DNA from: Eledone cirrhosa
Taxonomy: Eukaryota
Reading direction: 5' to 3'
NCBI GenBank assembly: GCA_964016885.1
Contig: OZ024746.1
Location: forward strand, 98,332,001-98,396,000
DNA length: 64,000 nucleotides
The first letter of the stretch is position 1, and every line of letters begins with the position of its first letter. This document shows positions 26,211 through 39,004 of the stretch, piece by piece. The notes under the pieces are model-generated. The model searched no databases, was not told the DNA's origin, and saw only the letters and a list, made by a program, of their open reading frames with translations. The position numbers and the translations under genes are program-made.

Positions 26211-26340
26211 TCCCGGGTTAAATCGGGGATAACCACAGTAAGTAAGGTACTCAATACATAGCAGAGTAAAAGTTATTTAATATAGAAATGGCTTCTACAG
26301 GACTAGAACTGTTTCATTCGGAGGAAATCATCAGAAAGTC

Positions 26341-26391
26341 GGCTTTCTGATGATTTCCTCCGAATGAAACAGTTCTAGTCCTGTAGAAGCC
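26341..26391 (+). ncRNA. type I hammerhead ribozyme (mirror copy on minus strand 26290-26340)
   Basis: GGCTTT-CTGATGA-tTTCctccGAAt-GAAA-CAGttctagtcCTG-TA-GAAGCC. 6-bp stem I, looped stem III, GUA triplet. Confidence 0.8.
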
Positions 26392-26401
26392 ATTTCTATA
26401 T

Positions 26402-26491
<90 letters not shown>

Positions 26492-26725
26492 AGAAATTGG
26501 CTGTGTTCAGACGAGAGATGGGGTTCTTATATTAAGATGGCACCCCTAGGACTCCAACAGAAGTTTATGCAGCCAAGGATAGTAATTTTATTGCCTAAAC
26601 GTATGTTATATTACTCTTGGTAGACGACAGTTACGCAAAGGGCTGTCCCCTTTTATCGAACCCGTAACCACAGGATTTCTAAACGAACTTCTTAAGCGTA
26701 TGATCGAGCTTGAACTATTTAACTA

Positions 26726-26801
<76 letters not shown>

Positions 26802-27219
26802 ACATACGCGTACACTTTCACCAAATAAATACACAACTAACCTCCCGCCTTACTTATAAAGATTATAAAACAAGGAGAAAAAATAATTTGTTCTTATCTG
26901 AAATAAATGTGTTGTCTTTTAAACGATGAATATGTCTTCGAAAGAACTTTAAACAACACCAATGTAGCAGAGAGGCGTTAATTTAAAAGGTTAATCATTT
27001 TTGCCTACGGGGATATTTTGCTTTCCATCGTATCTGAAGCTGATAGCCAAACTAGGGAATAAGACCTGAAGTTTTGGTGATATTTATCACGCTGTTTCCT
27101 ATTAAATACTGGAAACTGAAGCGAATACTCTGATATGGCAATATATATATATATACATATATATATATTATTCAAAATATTAACAAATGAAAGATATTCA
27201 CAAAATCAAAATATAATGC

Positions 27220-27282
27220 TTTATTATATATATTTTAAAGGTACTGTGTTGTTTTTTTCAGTACGTCCTCATCAGATAAAAT
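27220..27282 (-). ncRNA. hammerhead motif with G12 to A change; copy of the 55209-55268 element
   Basis: Reverse complement: TTTAT-CTGATGA-GGACGTACTG...CAGTACCTTT-AAAA-TATATA-TA-ATAAA. Confidence 0.6.
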
Positions 27283-27557
27283 ATATGATTTGATATATGA
27301 CCGCTACGGTCTTGATTATACAATTCCAGTATTGGCAGGAAGAATTTCCAAGAATTGACAAAACTGATCAGATTAGAGCAAAAATCACGAGCACTCTATC
27401 TCAAAATTATTTTTGAAAAGCATAAGAAATGCGCAACCGAAAAAAAACTTAAAACTAAAACTGAATACTAACTAATACTTATTACTAATTTATACTTATT
27501 CCTAATTAAACTATTTTTCACTGGGAAAAATTTGTCAGCATTTTCTTTTCCTTTTTA

Positions 27558-27610
<53 letters not shown>

Positions 27611-28150
27611 ATATATGTTTTTGTTTAATAACATCTGGTCGAGAGCTTATTCTGAAGGTTAGCGGAAATTATAATATTTCCTTTGTCTAACATTTTGAAT
27701 GACCCGCCAAAAACCGGGGATTATTTCCCTTGCTGGAAATAACACGTGACAACTAAATATACAATTAGCTGCTACTAGCGGTAACATTTAGCATCTCGCT
27801 CTGTTCTTTGGTAGAACAAAAACCTGTTGATGAATTGAATCCTCTGTTCGGTCATGAATACCACGAGCTTGCCAGTTACGTAAGTCTGATATTTTATTTC
27901 GGATTCATAGAAACACTTTAAACGTATAACGTTTGATTTGTCAAGGTGTATTTTTTCTCAACCTGTTAGTTCTTTCGTTACTTTGGTATTGTGTGTTAGA
28001 TTTTGCCTACCACAATGTTCAATTAGTCAAGCTATTTAAACGTATGTTATTACTCTAAGGACCTACCTTGTCGAGTGCTTTGCTAACTCATTCATATAGT
28101 AGGTCGAATATGCTTGCACACTGCCAAAGATTCGATTTTACTAAGCATCC

Positions 28151-28253
<103 letters not shown>

Positions 28254-28257
28254 TATG

Positions 28258-28310
<53 letters not shown>

Positions 28311-28417
28311 AATGCTGTGCTACATCTGATGGGGATCAATAATGTTAGAAGAGCAACTAAACTGTGTTTTATGGGCTTATTACTATTGTCAAAATAAATG
28401 TTTTAAGTTTGAAAATA

Positions 28418-28597
28418 AGGGGAAAGTCGATTAAATCGATCCCAGTGCAAGACTGGTACTTTTTTTTATCGACCCCGTAAGGATGAAAGGCAATGTTAAC
28501 CTCGGCGGAATTTGAACTCAGACCGTAAAGGACCGCAACTCTATGCTACAAAGCATGGTATCCGACTCTCTACCGATACTACCAATCTACCGCCCTT
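28418..28597 (-). mobile_element. tRNA-derived SINE
   Basis: Same family core and head. Confidence 0.85.
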
Positions 28598-29544
28598 TTA
28601 AAAGAAAAATATAATTAGAAAAAAATTAGAAAAAATAACTTTTGTCGAATCGAGTGAACAGGCGTTTTAAGACCACTTTCCTCGCTAAAACAGGTCTCAA
28701 ACTTTTAACCCCCAACGGCCGGCTTCACACTCCTCAGGGGTGGTTTTTAAGGCAATATTTTACAACTGGGTGCGTTTCTTTACACCTATAGTTTTCGTCG
28801 CCTCTAACAGCACACAGAGATACAATGTGCCTCTTCTAAACCGCATATATCCGAAGCAATATCGAATAAAATACTTCCTTCGATCAGCAAATTTAAATTG
28901 ATTATGTAATTAGATCATATTTAAAAGGAGTCACATTAGTTCAAACTTGTGTACTTTACATTGATTTTGAACTAATACAATAGAGTTAACAGTCTTCTAT
29001 TGACTTACAGTAAAGAGATAGAGTTATCGTTGTTATTCAAGTCAAGAGCGATAAATAGTCTATTTGCGCCCCACGTTTCCTAGAGGTGTCAAGTATACAA
29101 ACCTGCCAACCTCTAAAAACCCAAACGGGGAGTACCATGAAAGAAAAGTGCCCCAAAACTGGGAGGAATGAGGCAAAATGGAGAGATTTTACATAATGAA
29201 ATCTGTATCCATTTTTCACAAGAGAAGACATCTTTCACCCACCAGACATCTCTCACCCACCCCAAAGTGAGTGAGAGATGTCCCGGTTGGACGAGGAGAG
29301 TTGACAGGTCTGAGTATACAAGTAAAATGCGGAATTTGGTTTTATAGACAAACGGTTTTAAGATAAGATTGCATTACTTTAATAATATCCTGGTGGATTG
29401 ACAGAATCGTTAGCACGTCGGGCAAAATTACTTATGGTATTTAGTTACAGCCCTTTAGATTCTGAGCTGAAATCCAACCGAATTTTGCCTTTCATCATTC
29501 CGAGATCGATAAGATAAAGAATTAATCAAATACTAAGGTAGATA

Positions 29545-29605
<61 letters not shown>

Positions 29606-29611
29606 CATCCC

Positions 29612-30012
29612 CATCATCACTCGTCGACTACTGTCGAGATGATGGATCTCCCTCTCATGCCCCAGAATCCCCTGTCCCCCATCGCTGCCCCCAGGTCCTG
29701 TCTGCTGATTCCCGTATCCCTAGAGATAACTGTTTCTACTTTTGGCACAAGGCCATCAATTACCCAGTGCATTACTGGTACTTTATTTTATCGACCCCGT
29801 AAGGATGAAAGGCAAAGTGAACCTCGGCGGGATTTGAACTCAGACCGTAAAGGGACGTAACTATGCTGCAAAGCATAGCGTCCGACTCTCTACCGATACT
29901 GCCAATCCACCGTATCCCTAGAGATAACGTCAGGGAATGACAGCTTCCTACTCCTAGTCAGGCTGGAGTCAGGGTTCCAGAGCAAGAGAGCGGATATGAT
30001 TTCATTGCTGGC
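29612..30012 (-). mobile_element. RTE-like LINE 3' fragment interrupted by a SINE (29731-29912) with target-site duplication
   Basis: EIISALLLWNP...RKLSFPDVISRDT|GISRQDLGAAMGDRGFW. CCGTATCCCTAGAGATAAC is duplicated at 29712-29730 and 29910-29928. Confidence 0.7.
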
Positions 30013-30072
<60 letters not shown>

Positions 30073-30099
30073 TATTGTTGTTGTTGTTGTTGTTGTTGT

Positions 30100-30325
30100 T
30101 CGCCCACTTATTTCTCTGAGAGAGTCCTCAAACACTCCTTCCAGCAGATCCTTCCAGCAGATCCTTCCAGCAGATCCTGCCAGAAGCTACCGTCTCCAAC
30201 TCATCTGGCTGGATCCCGAAGCGAGATCAACCAAGCTCATGGATGTGATCCAACTATCTTGCTCGGGGTCTACCCCGGGGTCTCCTGCTGGCTGGTTTTG
30301 CCCGTAAAACCCGTCCAGTTATTCT
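30100..30325 (-). mobile_element. RTE-like LINE extreme 3' fragment
   Basis: RPRGRPRAR*LDHIHELG*SRFGIQPDELETVASGRICWK followed by an (AAC)n/(TAC)n tail. Confidence 0.5.
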
Positions 30326-30327
30326 TA

Positions 30328-30581
30328 CCTGAGACATTCTAACCACATGCCCATAGTATCAGAGCTGTGATCTCTCAATTCAGAGATTCTTTCCTGAGAT
30401 ATTCTAACCAATATAGCCATAATATCGGAGCTGTGATCTCTCAATTCAGAGATTCTTTCCTGAGATATTCTAACCAATATAGCCATAATATCGGAGCTGT
30501 GATCTCTCAATTCAGAGATTCTTTCCTGAGATATTCTAACTACATGCCCATAATATCGGAGCTGTGATCTCTCAATTCGGA
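30328..30581. repeat. 66-bp minisatellite, about 3.8 copies
   Basis: Unit CCTGAGATATTCTAACCAATATAGCCATAATATCGGAGCTGTGATCTCTCAATTCAGAGATTCTTT. Confidence 0.9.
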
Positions 30582-31065
30582 GTTACATTAAATAGGCTTT
30601 GCACTGGACTGAACTTATTCTATATTATACTAAGAACTATCCAATCTCCTATTACCACACCATGTTAGATCGATAAAATATATTTTACATTCTGGTGTTT
30701 ATAGACCTCCACCCACACCCATATCCACACAAAAAACCTATGATCTCGGCAGATTGATGGAAAACACAATATTGTGTGCTTCTGTACAAGATTTCTATAT
30801 AACAAGCTTATAATTCACAATACAACCAAATAGTTATTTTTTTTAAATACATCTTTCAATGGACCTTTTGTGAATGTTTCTGGTGCATTTCTTAAGAAAC
30901 AGGAACGGAAGATCAAGATTTGATGAATAACTGGACAAACACACACACACGCATACATACATATATACATACATACATACATACCTACATGCATACAAAC
31001 ATATATACGTCCATACATACATAGCTACATACATATACCTGCACGTACCTACGTACATCCATACA

Positions 31066-31114
<49 letters not shown>

Positions 31115-31200
31115 CTTTTTTCTATAGATGATCAATTCAAAGGATAGAACGGTAATGTTTTAACACACACATCACAAACACAAACACGCATACATCATAC

Positions 31201-31576
<376 letters not shown>

Positions 31577-32031
31577 TATATATATATATATACATTCAAG
31601 TTTATATATGTTTATATATGTACGTTAGTAAGTTTGTACGTATGTACATACATAAGTACGAATGTATATGTGTGTTGTGGGTAATGTATATATGTTTGCA
31701 TGTATGAATATATGCATTCATGCATATATATGAATATATATGTATATATATATTATATATATATATATATGGGGGGGGTGTACAACCTCGATAGCGACGA
31801 GAGTGGGGGCAAGTATGAAATAAAATAAAAAATATATGATGTTCTGTATTAATTCAACATTGATAGAATTGTAAAGAAAGACTGAACACAGGTGTGATAA
31901 AGGGAAGAGGGGGGAGATATATATAGAAAGAGCGAAGGGAGAGAGAGAGAGAGAGAGAGAGAGGGGGGTGGATAGAGAGAAAGAATGAGATATAGAAAGA
32001 AAGAGAGAAAGAGGGGGAGAGAAGGAGATAT

Positions 32032-32074
<43 letters not shown>

Positions 32075-32184
32075 GAAAGAAAGAAAGAGAAAGAAAGAGA
32101 GAAAAAGAGGAGATACAGAAACAGAGAAAGAGAGTAAGACAGAGAAAGAACGAAAGGGAGAGAGAGATAGAAAGAGAGAGAGAT

Positions 32185-32258
<74 letters not shown>

Positions 32259-33339
32259 AGATATAGAAAGAAAGAGAGAGAGAGAAATGGGGAGGGGGCA
32301 GAGGATTCGTGAATATTCCAAAGAAATGATGTGGAAAAAGAAAGAGAAAAAAAATACGCATTATTTTTTGTGTGTATGTACGTGTGTTTGTGTATGTACG
32401 TGTGTATGTATGTGTGTATATACGTGTGTTTGTGTGTGTATGTATATCTGTGTCTACGTGTGTATGTACGTATGTACGTGTGTGTGTGTGTATGTATGTA
32501 GGTGTGTTTGTGTGTATATGTGTATGTATGTGTGTGTGTATGTACGTGTGTATGTGTGTGTATGTGTATATGTACGTGTGTTTGTGTGTGTATGTGTATA
32601 TGTACGTGTGTTTGTGTGTGTATGTGTATGTGTATTTCGTCAACGTTAGAATGTTTTACCTTTGGGTGTTGTTTCCAGAGAATCAATCGATAGCCGGCTG
32701 CATGCAATGTTGAAGCGAAACTAAAGAACATTATATATATAACTTGTTCCAATTCCAAAGGAAAGCAAATATTTCCATTCAATGGTTACACGTGCAGAAC
32801 CGAATAGAAACTTTATTGCAGCCATTTTGTTGCTCGATTTTCTCTAAAGTAGAATAAGTTATATGTCGCCAATATTACTTTATAACTGTTTCTACCTGCA
32901 GCTAGTTGTAATTTGTATATACATACATACACATTATATATATTTATATATGTATGTATATATATTTCATTATTGACTTTGCCTTTCATCCTTACGGGGT
33001 CGATAAAATAAAGTACCAGTAATGCACTGGGATAATTGCTGGCCTTGTGCCAAAAGTAGAAACAATTATTTATATATATATATAAAATGCAAAGTTAAGC
33101 ACGGCGGGATTTGATTATATATATATAAATAATTGTTTCTACTTTTGGCACAAGGCCAGCAATTACCCAGTGCATTACTGGTACTTTATTTTACGGCGTC
33201 GATAAAATAAAGTACCAGTAATGCACTGGGATAATTGCTGACCTTGTGCCAAAAGTAGAAACAATTATTTACAGATATATGTATGTATATATATATGTCT
33301 GAATTATTGTCGGCTTTTTGCTTACATTAATTTCTCTAT

Positions 33340-33415
<76 letters not shown>

Positions 33416-33472
33416 GACAAAGCATAAATGAATTGAGAGAGAGACTGAGCATAAGAGGAATCAATGGAACAA

Positions 33473-34101
33473 TGGCACACTTTAAAATGAACACCCTAGA
33501 CAAATTAAGCCTTTAGCAATGTATCCTGCTCCAAGATTCCAGCAACCTCTGACAACCTCTTTAAGCAAAGAATCGCTGCTTTCACCCTTAACGGGATCTT
33601 CTGAAACTAAAAAAAAAAAAAAAAAAATCAATCTGTGAACGCAAAAGTAAATATTTCGTAAAACGTTGCAACCGAAAGAAAACATGAAGACGATACTTTG
33701 GTTCATGAAGACGTTCCCTGGCAACGAACGGAAAAAAGCGAAGATAATGCGTCGTTATACCATAAACGTGGTTTTGTCTTTGCGTGTAATTGTCGCTCCA
33801 CATAACGCTCCACATAACGACTTACTATCTTCGCTTTTTTCCGTTCATTGCCAGGGAACGTCTTCATGAACCAAAGTATCGTCTTCATGTTTTCTTTCGG
33901 TTGCAATGTTTTTCGAAATATTTACTTCTGCGTTCACAGATTGATTTTTTTTTTTTTTTTTTTTTAGTTTCAGAAGATCCCGTTAAGGGTGAAAGCAGCG
34001 CTTCTTTGCTTGAAGAGGTTGTCAGAGGTTGCTGGAATCTTGGAGCAGGATACATTGCTAAAGGCTTAATTTGTCTAGGGTGTTCATTTTAAAGTGTGCC
34101 A
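33473..34101. repeat. long inverted repeat (arms about 33473-33746 and 33826-34101)
   Basis: The arms are near-perfect reverse complements, also visible as mirrored ORFs in the track. Confidence 0.92.
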
Positions 34102-34119
34102 GCTTTAGTTTAGTCCGAA

Positions 34120-34550
34120 GTGGAAGCATTTAGGAGGGGTTCGTATTTGGCGATAAATTGTGATTCCTTGCAAATGCGCTGGATGTAGGAGCGTTGTCTT
34201 TAAATTTGTAGATGGGAAAAATTCTAAAATTGGGTTGTTCATTAGATGCGCAGGTCTCGATGTGTTCACTTAGTGCTATCTCTCTGTGTTCCCGTATTTT
34301 GATGTGGTATCTATGGACGGTCATATGTTGTCTGAGGCTGTGTTTGGTCTGTCCTATGTAGTGCTCTCAACAACCTGAGCAGGTCAATGCATAGATCAGG
34401 TTTTCTGATGCACATGGGAAATTGTGTTTAACTGTAAAGCGTGGCCCTTGTTTGAAGTGGAACTCCGATCCCTCTATTACATTGGTACATATACCACAGT
34501 TGGGTCTTCAGCATTTTTTTACTGTAGGGTTCATAGTGGGGGTCGGCTGG
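34120..34550 (-). mobile_element. Penelope-like (Neptune-type) GIY-YIG fragment, same family as 1472-1762
   Basis: C*RPNCGICTNVIEGSEFHFKQGPRFTVKHNFPCASENLIYALTCSGC*EHYIGQTKHSLRQHMTVHRYHI. Confidence 0.85.
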
Positions 34551-34800
34551 ACTTTGGCGTGCATAAGGATGTTTTTTTATTGGTTTAGGTTGTTATATGT
34601 ATGTATCTATCTAAAAAGAGAAAGACTAAGAATTATAGAGAGAGATCGCGAAATCGCCTAGGGCATTGAAAATTTGAATTGTTTTTGCTCAGAAAACTCC
34701 CTGAAACATAAGTATTACATGTGTAAAGTTTGAAAACAGTCGGTTGGGTGCTTCCCTAGTTTTAGGGATTCAAACACATACACACAGACAGACATCCTCA

Positions 34801-34879
<79 letters not shown>

Positions 34880-34948
34880 AGGGAGTGTAACGCGAAGTTA
34901 CTGTAGGTTCACCCGGGGGGAGCATTCAATGTTTAGGTTCAGATCAGA

Positions 34949-35033
34949 GGTCTGACGAGCTTTTGATTCCAGAATCGGGCCAGATCGAAACAGATCGAAC
35001 CTTGAGCTGATCAATAACGAAACGCACGTTACC
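34949..35033 (+). ncRNA. hammerhead ribozyme with extended stem II (core-decayed copy on minus strand, about 3508-3594)
   Basis: GGT-CTGACGA-GCTTTTGAT...ATCAATAAC-GAAA-CGCACG-TT-ACC. Confidence 0.7.
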
Positions 35034-35893
35034 AATCAATAAACGTAATGAAGGCTTAACTAATCGTCCTTGTATTAATATATATATATATATATATATA
35101 TAATTTTGAACGATGAAAAAATACTAGAATAACGTTAGATAGTTGTTGATCTTAACGATCGTTTCAGCTAAACAGATGAACAGATAAATGTATTTGCTCA
35201 TCTAATTAATAAACACCAAATCAGATTTGTTTCCTGAACGAAGCTAACAAATAGGAGATGCATTTCGAAGCTGGGGGAATAGATTTAAGTTTCCGCCTTC
35301 GAACAAGGAGTGCATTCTAGTCTAGCTGGCACACGTGGCGCACTAACCCTTAAACAGTGAGGTACTCATCTAATCATACTTTTGATCACATTTTCTTTGA
35401 AAGAAAGTTAATTATTGAAGAAACTTCCTAAAATCCCTTGGTAATAGAAGCTTTCAACTGCATCTAATGAGATTGCTGTTCATTCAACCAAATTTCTTCA
35501 TAAAAGTTTTAAGGACAGCAAATCTAATATCTTCTATTTATTTTCCTTCATTTGAAATATCTTTTTTCTCAGTTTCGTCTTTGTTGCACTTATATGGTTT
35601 AATAACAACCTAACATTGTTCTATCATTCTTTCATTATCATGTATTATATATTTGATTCTGTAGTCTGAATACTCAGTGATATTTTACTACACAAGCCAC
35701 TGGCATTCTTTGTCGATGAAATACTCGCATTAGTGTTTCATGGACTTCTCAAACTATTATAATTTATATATATATATATGTGTGTGTGTGCGCGCGCGTG
35801 TGTGTGTGTGTGCGCGTGCGCTTGTGTGTGCGTGTGTGTGTACGCGCGTGTGTGTGTGTTATTATATGAGAAACTTGTAGTTACTAGAGGCGA

Positions 35894-35934
<41 letters not shown>

Positions 35935-36024
35935 CACATATATATAGGAAAATAGTTATATATATATATATATATTCAATGATATTAAATAAATGGAAAC
36001 TATATTTATAAAACCATATTTAGT

Positions 36025-36078
36025 CTATTATATATATTTCAAGGGTACCAAAACTTTGGTACGCCCTCATCAGATAAA
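36025..36078 (-). ncRNA. type I hammerhead ribozyme
   Basis: Reverse complement: TTTAT-CTGATGA-GGGcGTACCAAAgtTTTGGTACCCTt-GAAA-TATATA-TA-ATAGA. Confidence 0.75.
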
Positions 36079-36370
36079 ATACAAAGTTTGTTTTATAAAT
36101 ATTGACATATCCAGGAAGAAGATCTTAAACGGTTCAAGTTTTTCTTGGATAGTAAAAGGAAAGAAGAGAAAGAGAAGAAAAGTCAAATATTTCAAATTAT
36201 TAAGATGAATATGCAAATGAGGTTGAGGTATAGGGCTGGAAAAAAAACGTTATTTTTAGACACTAGGTAGATTTAAATAATTATTTGAACGTTATAAACA
36301 TTTATACTTGTTGAATTACCAACAAAGTAAATATACCTTTTGCTTATATATATATATATATATATATAAT

Positions 36371-36436
<66 letters not shown>

Positions 36437-36584
36437 ATAAATTAACGATAAATTAACGGAGCCATAGACTCTCGCTATTCCCTGTCAATAATGTGCTCAA
36501 AGGAGAAGGAATCCCGAGCTCTTTATAATACAATATGTTGAAAAGGTAACACACCAGAGAGAGAGATAGTGCGCCATCAATCGG

Positions 36585-36639
36585 ACTGCCTGAAGAGGTC
36601 ACAGCCAATGATAGCTGTCACCGAAATATAAATAGCAGT
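36585..36639 (+). ncRNA. type I hammerhead ribozyme
   Basis: ACTGC-CTGAAGA-GGTcACAGCcaatgataGCTGTcACC-GAAA-TATAAA-TA-GCAGT. Confidence 0.75.
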
Positions 36640-36690
36640 ATATCTATAATTTATAATAAACGAAGCCAAATTTTACATATTTCACTTAAT

Positions 36691-36728
<38 letters not shown>

Positions 36729-36769
36729 GGTGTTGGATGCTTGTATGTATGTATATATATATACATATA

Positions 36770-36828
<59 letters not shown>

Positions 36829-36940
36829 TTATATATATATATATGTATATATATATTAAGATAAGCAGAACAAGTAAAATTCAATCAATTTTTCAAAATA
36901 CATTAAAAAATATAATATAAATATTTACCTCTCCTAGTGG

Positions 36941-37020
36941 CCCTTACTGATCAGTTTCGCTTTGTAAAACCTCATAAATCCGATGGATTTATGATGTAAA
37001 ACCAAAGCTCATCAGAGAAG
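36941..37020 (-). ncRNA. type I hammerhead ribozyme with extended stem II
   Basis: Reverse complement: TTCT-CTGATGA-GCTTTG..TCATAAATCCatcGGATTTATGA..CAAAGC-GAAA-CTGATCAG-TA-AGGG. Palindromic stem III, GUA triplet. Confidence 0.8.
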
Positions 37021-37223
37021 CATTTTCCCTTCCTAGGGCTAAACGTCCCAGGAACGACAAAATATACAACCTCCTGCCAGCTAATAAAGGTCTGAAAGGT
37101 CGTAAAATTGACCCGTATGTAAACTGGACCGAAGTAAAAGCGGGAAAATCAAAGACTTGCTGCCTACAATTACTACATATATATATGTATATATATATAT
37201 ATGTGTGTGTATATATATATATG

Positions 37224-37264
<41 letters not shown>

Positions 37265-37517
37265 GTGGGCAAATATATATATATATATACTCGTAATACT
37301 CTGGAATAAAATGGCTTAAATATTGCCCACCCATGTATGCAAATTTGTCTAAAGAATACTCCTACACGCATATGTAAATTTACCTACATCCAGCCTGTAT
37401 ATTCTATATACTCTCTTCTTATCTGGTCAATTGTTGTCCTGTATAAATCGATGGTGTTTTCTCACATTTTTATTTAGAAACTGGAAAACATTAACCACCA
37501 TTCATTTGTTTTCTCTT

Positions 37518-38190
37518 AGGTCAACTTTACCTTCCATCCTTATGGGGTCGATAAAATAAAGCACCAGTAACGTACTGGGGGTTATTTAATCGACTTTCAC
37601 CTCCTCCCAAAATTGCTGGCCTTGTGCCTATACTAGAAATCATTATTTTTGTTTCTTTTAGGGTGGTGGATTGGCAGTATCGGTAGAGGGTCGGACGCCA
37701 TGCTTTGCAGTGTAGAGTTACGCCCCTTTACGGTCTGAGCTCAAATCCCACCGAGGTTAACTTTGCCTTTCATACTTACGGGGTCGATGAAATAAAGTAC
37801 CAGTCACGCACTGGGGTTGATTTAATCGACTTTCCCCTCCCCCAAATTGCTGGCCTTGTGCCTATATAAGAAACCATTATTTTTTTTTCTTTTAGTTCAA
37901 CTTTGCCTTCCATCCTTCTAAGGTCGATAAAATAAAGTATCGATTAAGTGCTAAAGTAGATATAATCGACTTTCCCCTTCTCAGAATATTGCTGACCTGT
38001 CAATATTCGAAAAAAAAAAATGAATTCGTTATGACCCTCTACATTCTGAGTTCAAATACCAGCGAGGTCAGCTTGGTCTTTCATCCTTTCGGGGTAGATA
38101 AAATAAAATACCATTAACGTACTGCGATCGATTTAATCGACTTTCCCCTTTCCTAAAATTAGTGGCCCTGTATCTATTCAAGAAACAGTT
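37518..38190 (+). mobile_element. cluster of four tandem SINE copies or fragments
   Basis: The core (TTTCATCC..GGGGTCGATAAAATAAAG) recurs at about 37530, 37768, 37908 and 38078. A full-length copy lies at about 37660-37880. Confidence 0.85.
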
Positions 38191-38282
38191 ATTTTCTTTC
38201 TATTTTTTAACATCTAATGTCCCTATATCTATTTCTAATTCAGACAGAATATTTTGTAGTTAAATCTAGATTTTCTCCTATA

Positions 38283-38655
38283 GACGTCTGCTTCCTACGA
38301 CATGCCGCTCTCAACGAGATCCTTAAATGGAGAGTGTATGCTGCTGGCGTTCCATCGCAGTTGAAAACAATGAAGTTAGAATGAATGGATGGTAAAAGGA
38401 GGGACAGCCTCGCAATTTTCCTGTTCTAAGACGGTAAGGCTTTTATCTGAGGTGTAAACTACTGTGATGCTTTCTCCAATAGCAATCCTGATGAAATTAA
38501 CGTCTGACCCCGGCTTAGTCACTTGACAGGCTGAAGATTGCGAGCTGAGAAACTACCGGCAACTCGCTCTCCAATAGATTTCTCATCGAACCCATAGCTG
38601 TGAAAAGCCTGTGTTATAGGTTCTCGAACAAAATACCAAACTCCCTGCGATTAGG
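38283..38655 (+). mobile_element. CRE-like non-LTR retrotransposon restriction-like endonuclease remnant, heavily decayed
   Basis: RHAALNEILKWRVYAAGVPSQ...DGKRRDSLAIF..DGKAFI*..CDAFSNSN, similar to the 45620-46160 fragment. Confidence 0.6.
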
Positions 38656-39004
38656 ATGAAAATGGTCATCCGCAAAAGCAAGCCCTGCGATTTAACTGGT
38701 TATTTCAACACATCTCCTTTGCCTTCCTCTGTAGTAGCACATTCACCATTTTATACACCAGAACGATCAAGCAACAACAATAAAATAGAAGCCATTTTTA
38801 TTGTTATTAGAAAGATATATCTTGCCATTTACATCTGGGGATTGTTAACTTTAACTTCCAGATATAAAGTTAGAAATTCATATTCAAATGTTCATAATTT
38901 CGAATTAATATTTGACACTATTAATCTTCATCTCTTCACAAACTGGATATTATTAACCAACATTTATTTATCTTGGTTTATTCGTTTATTCTTCAATCAA
39001 TCAA

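Noticed and set aside
34360-34515. In-frame TGA codons in a PLE as possible selenocysteine
   Set aside because: They are not at conserved Cys positions. One is CGA (Arg) in the sister copy at about 1508, so CpG decay is more likely. No SECIS was recognised.
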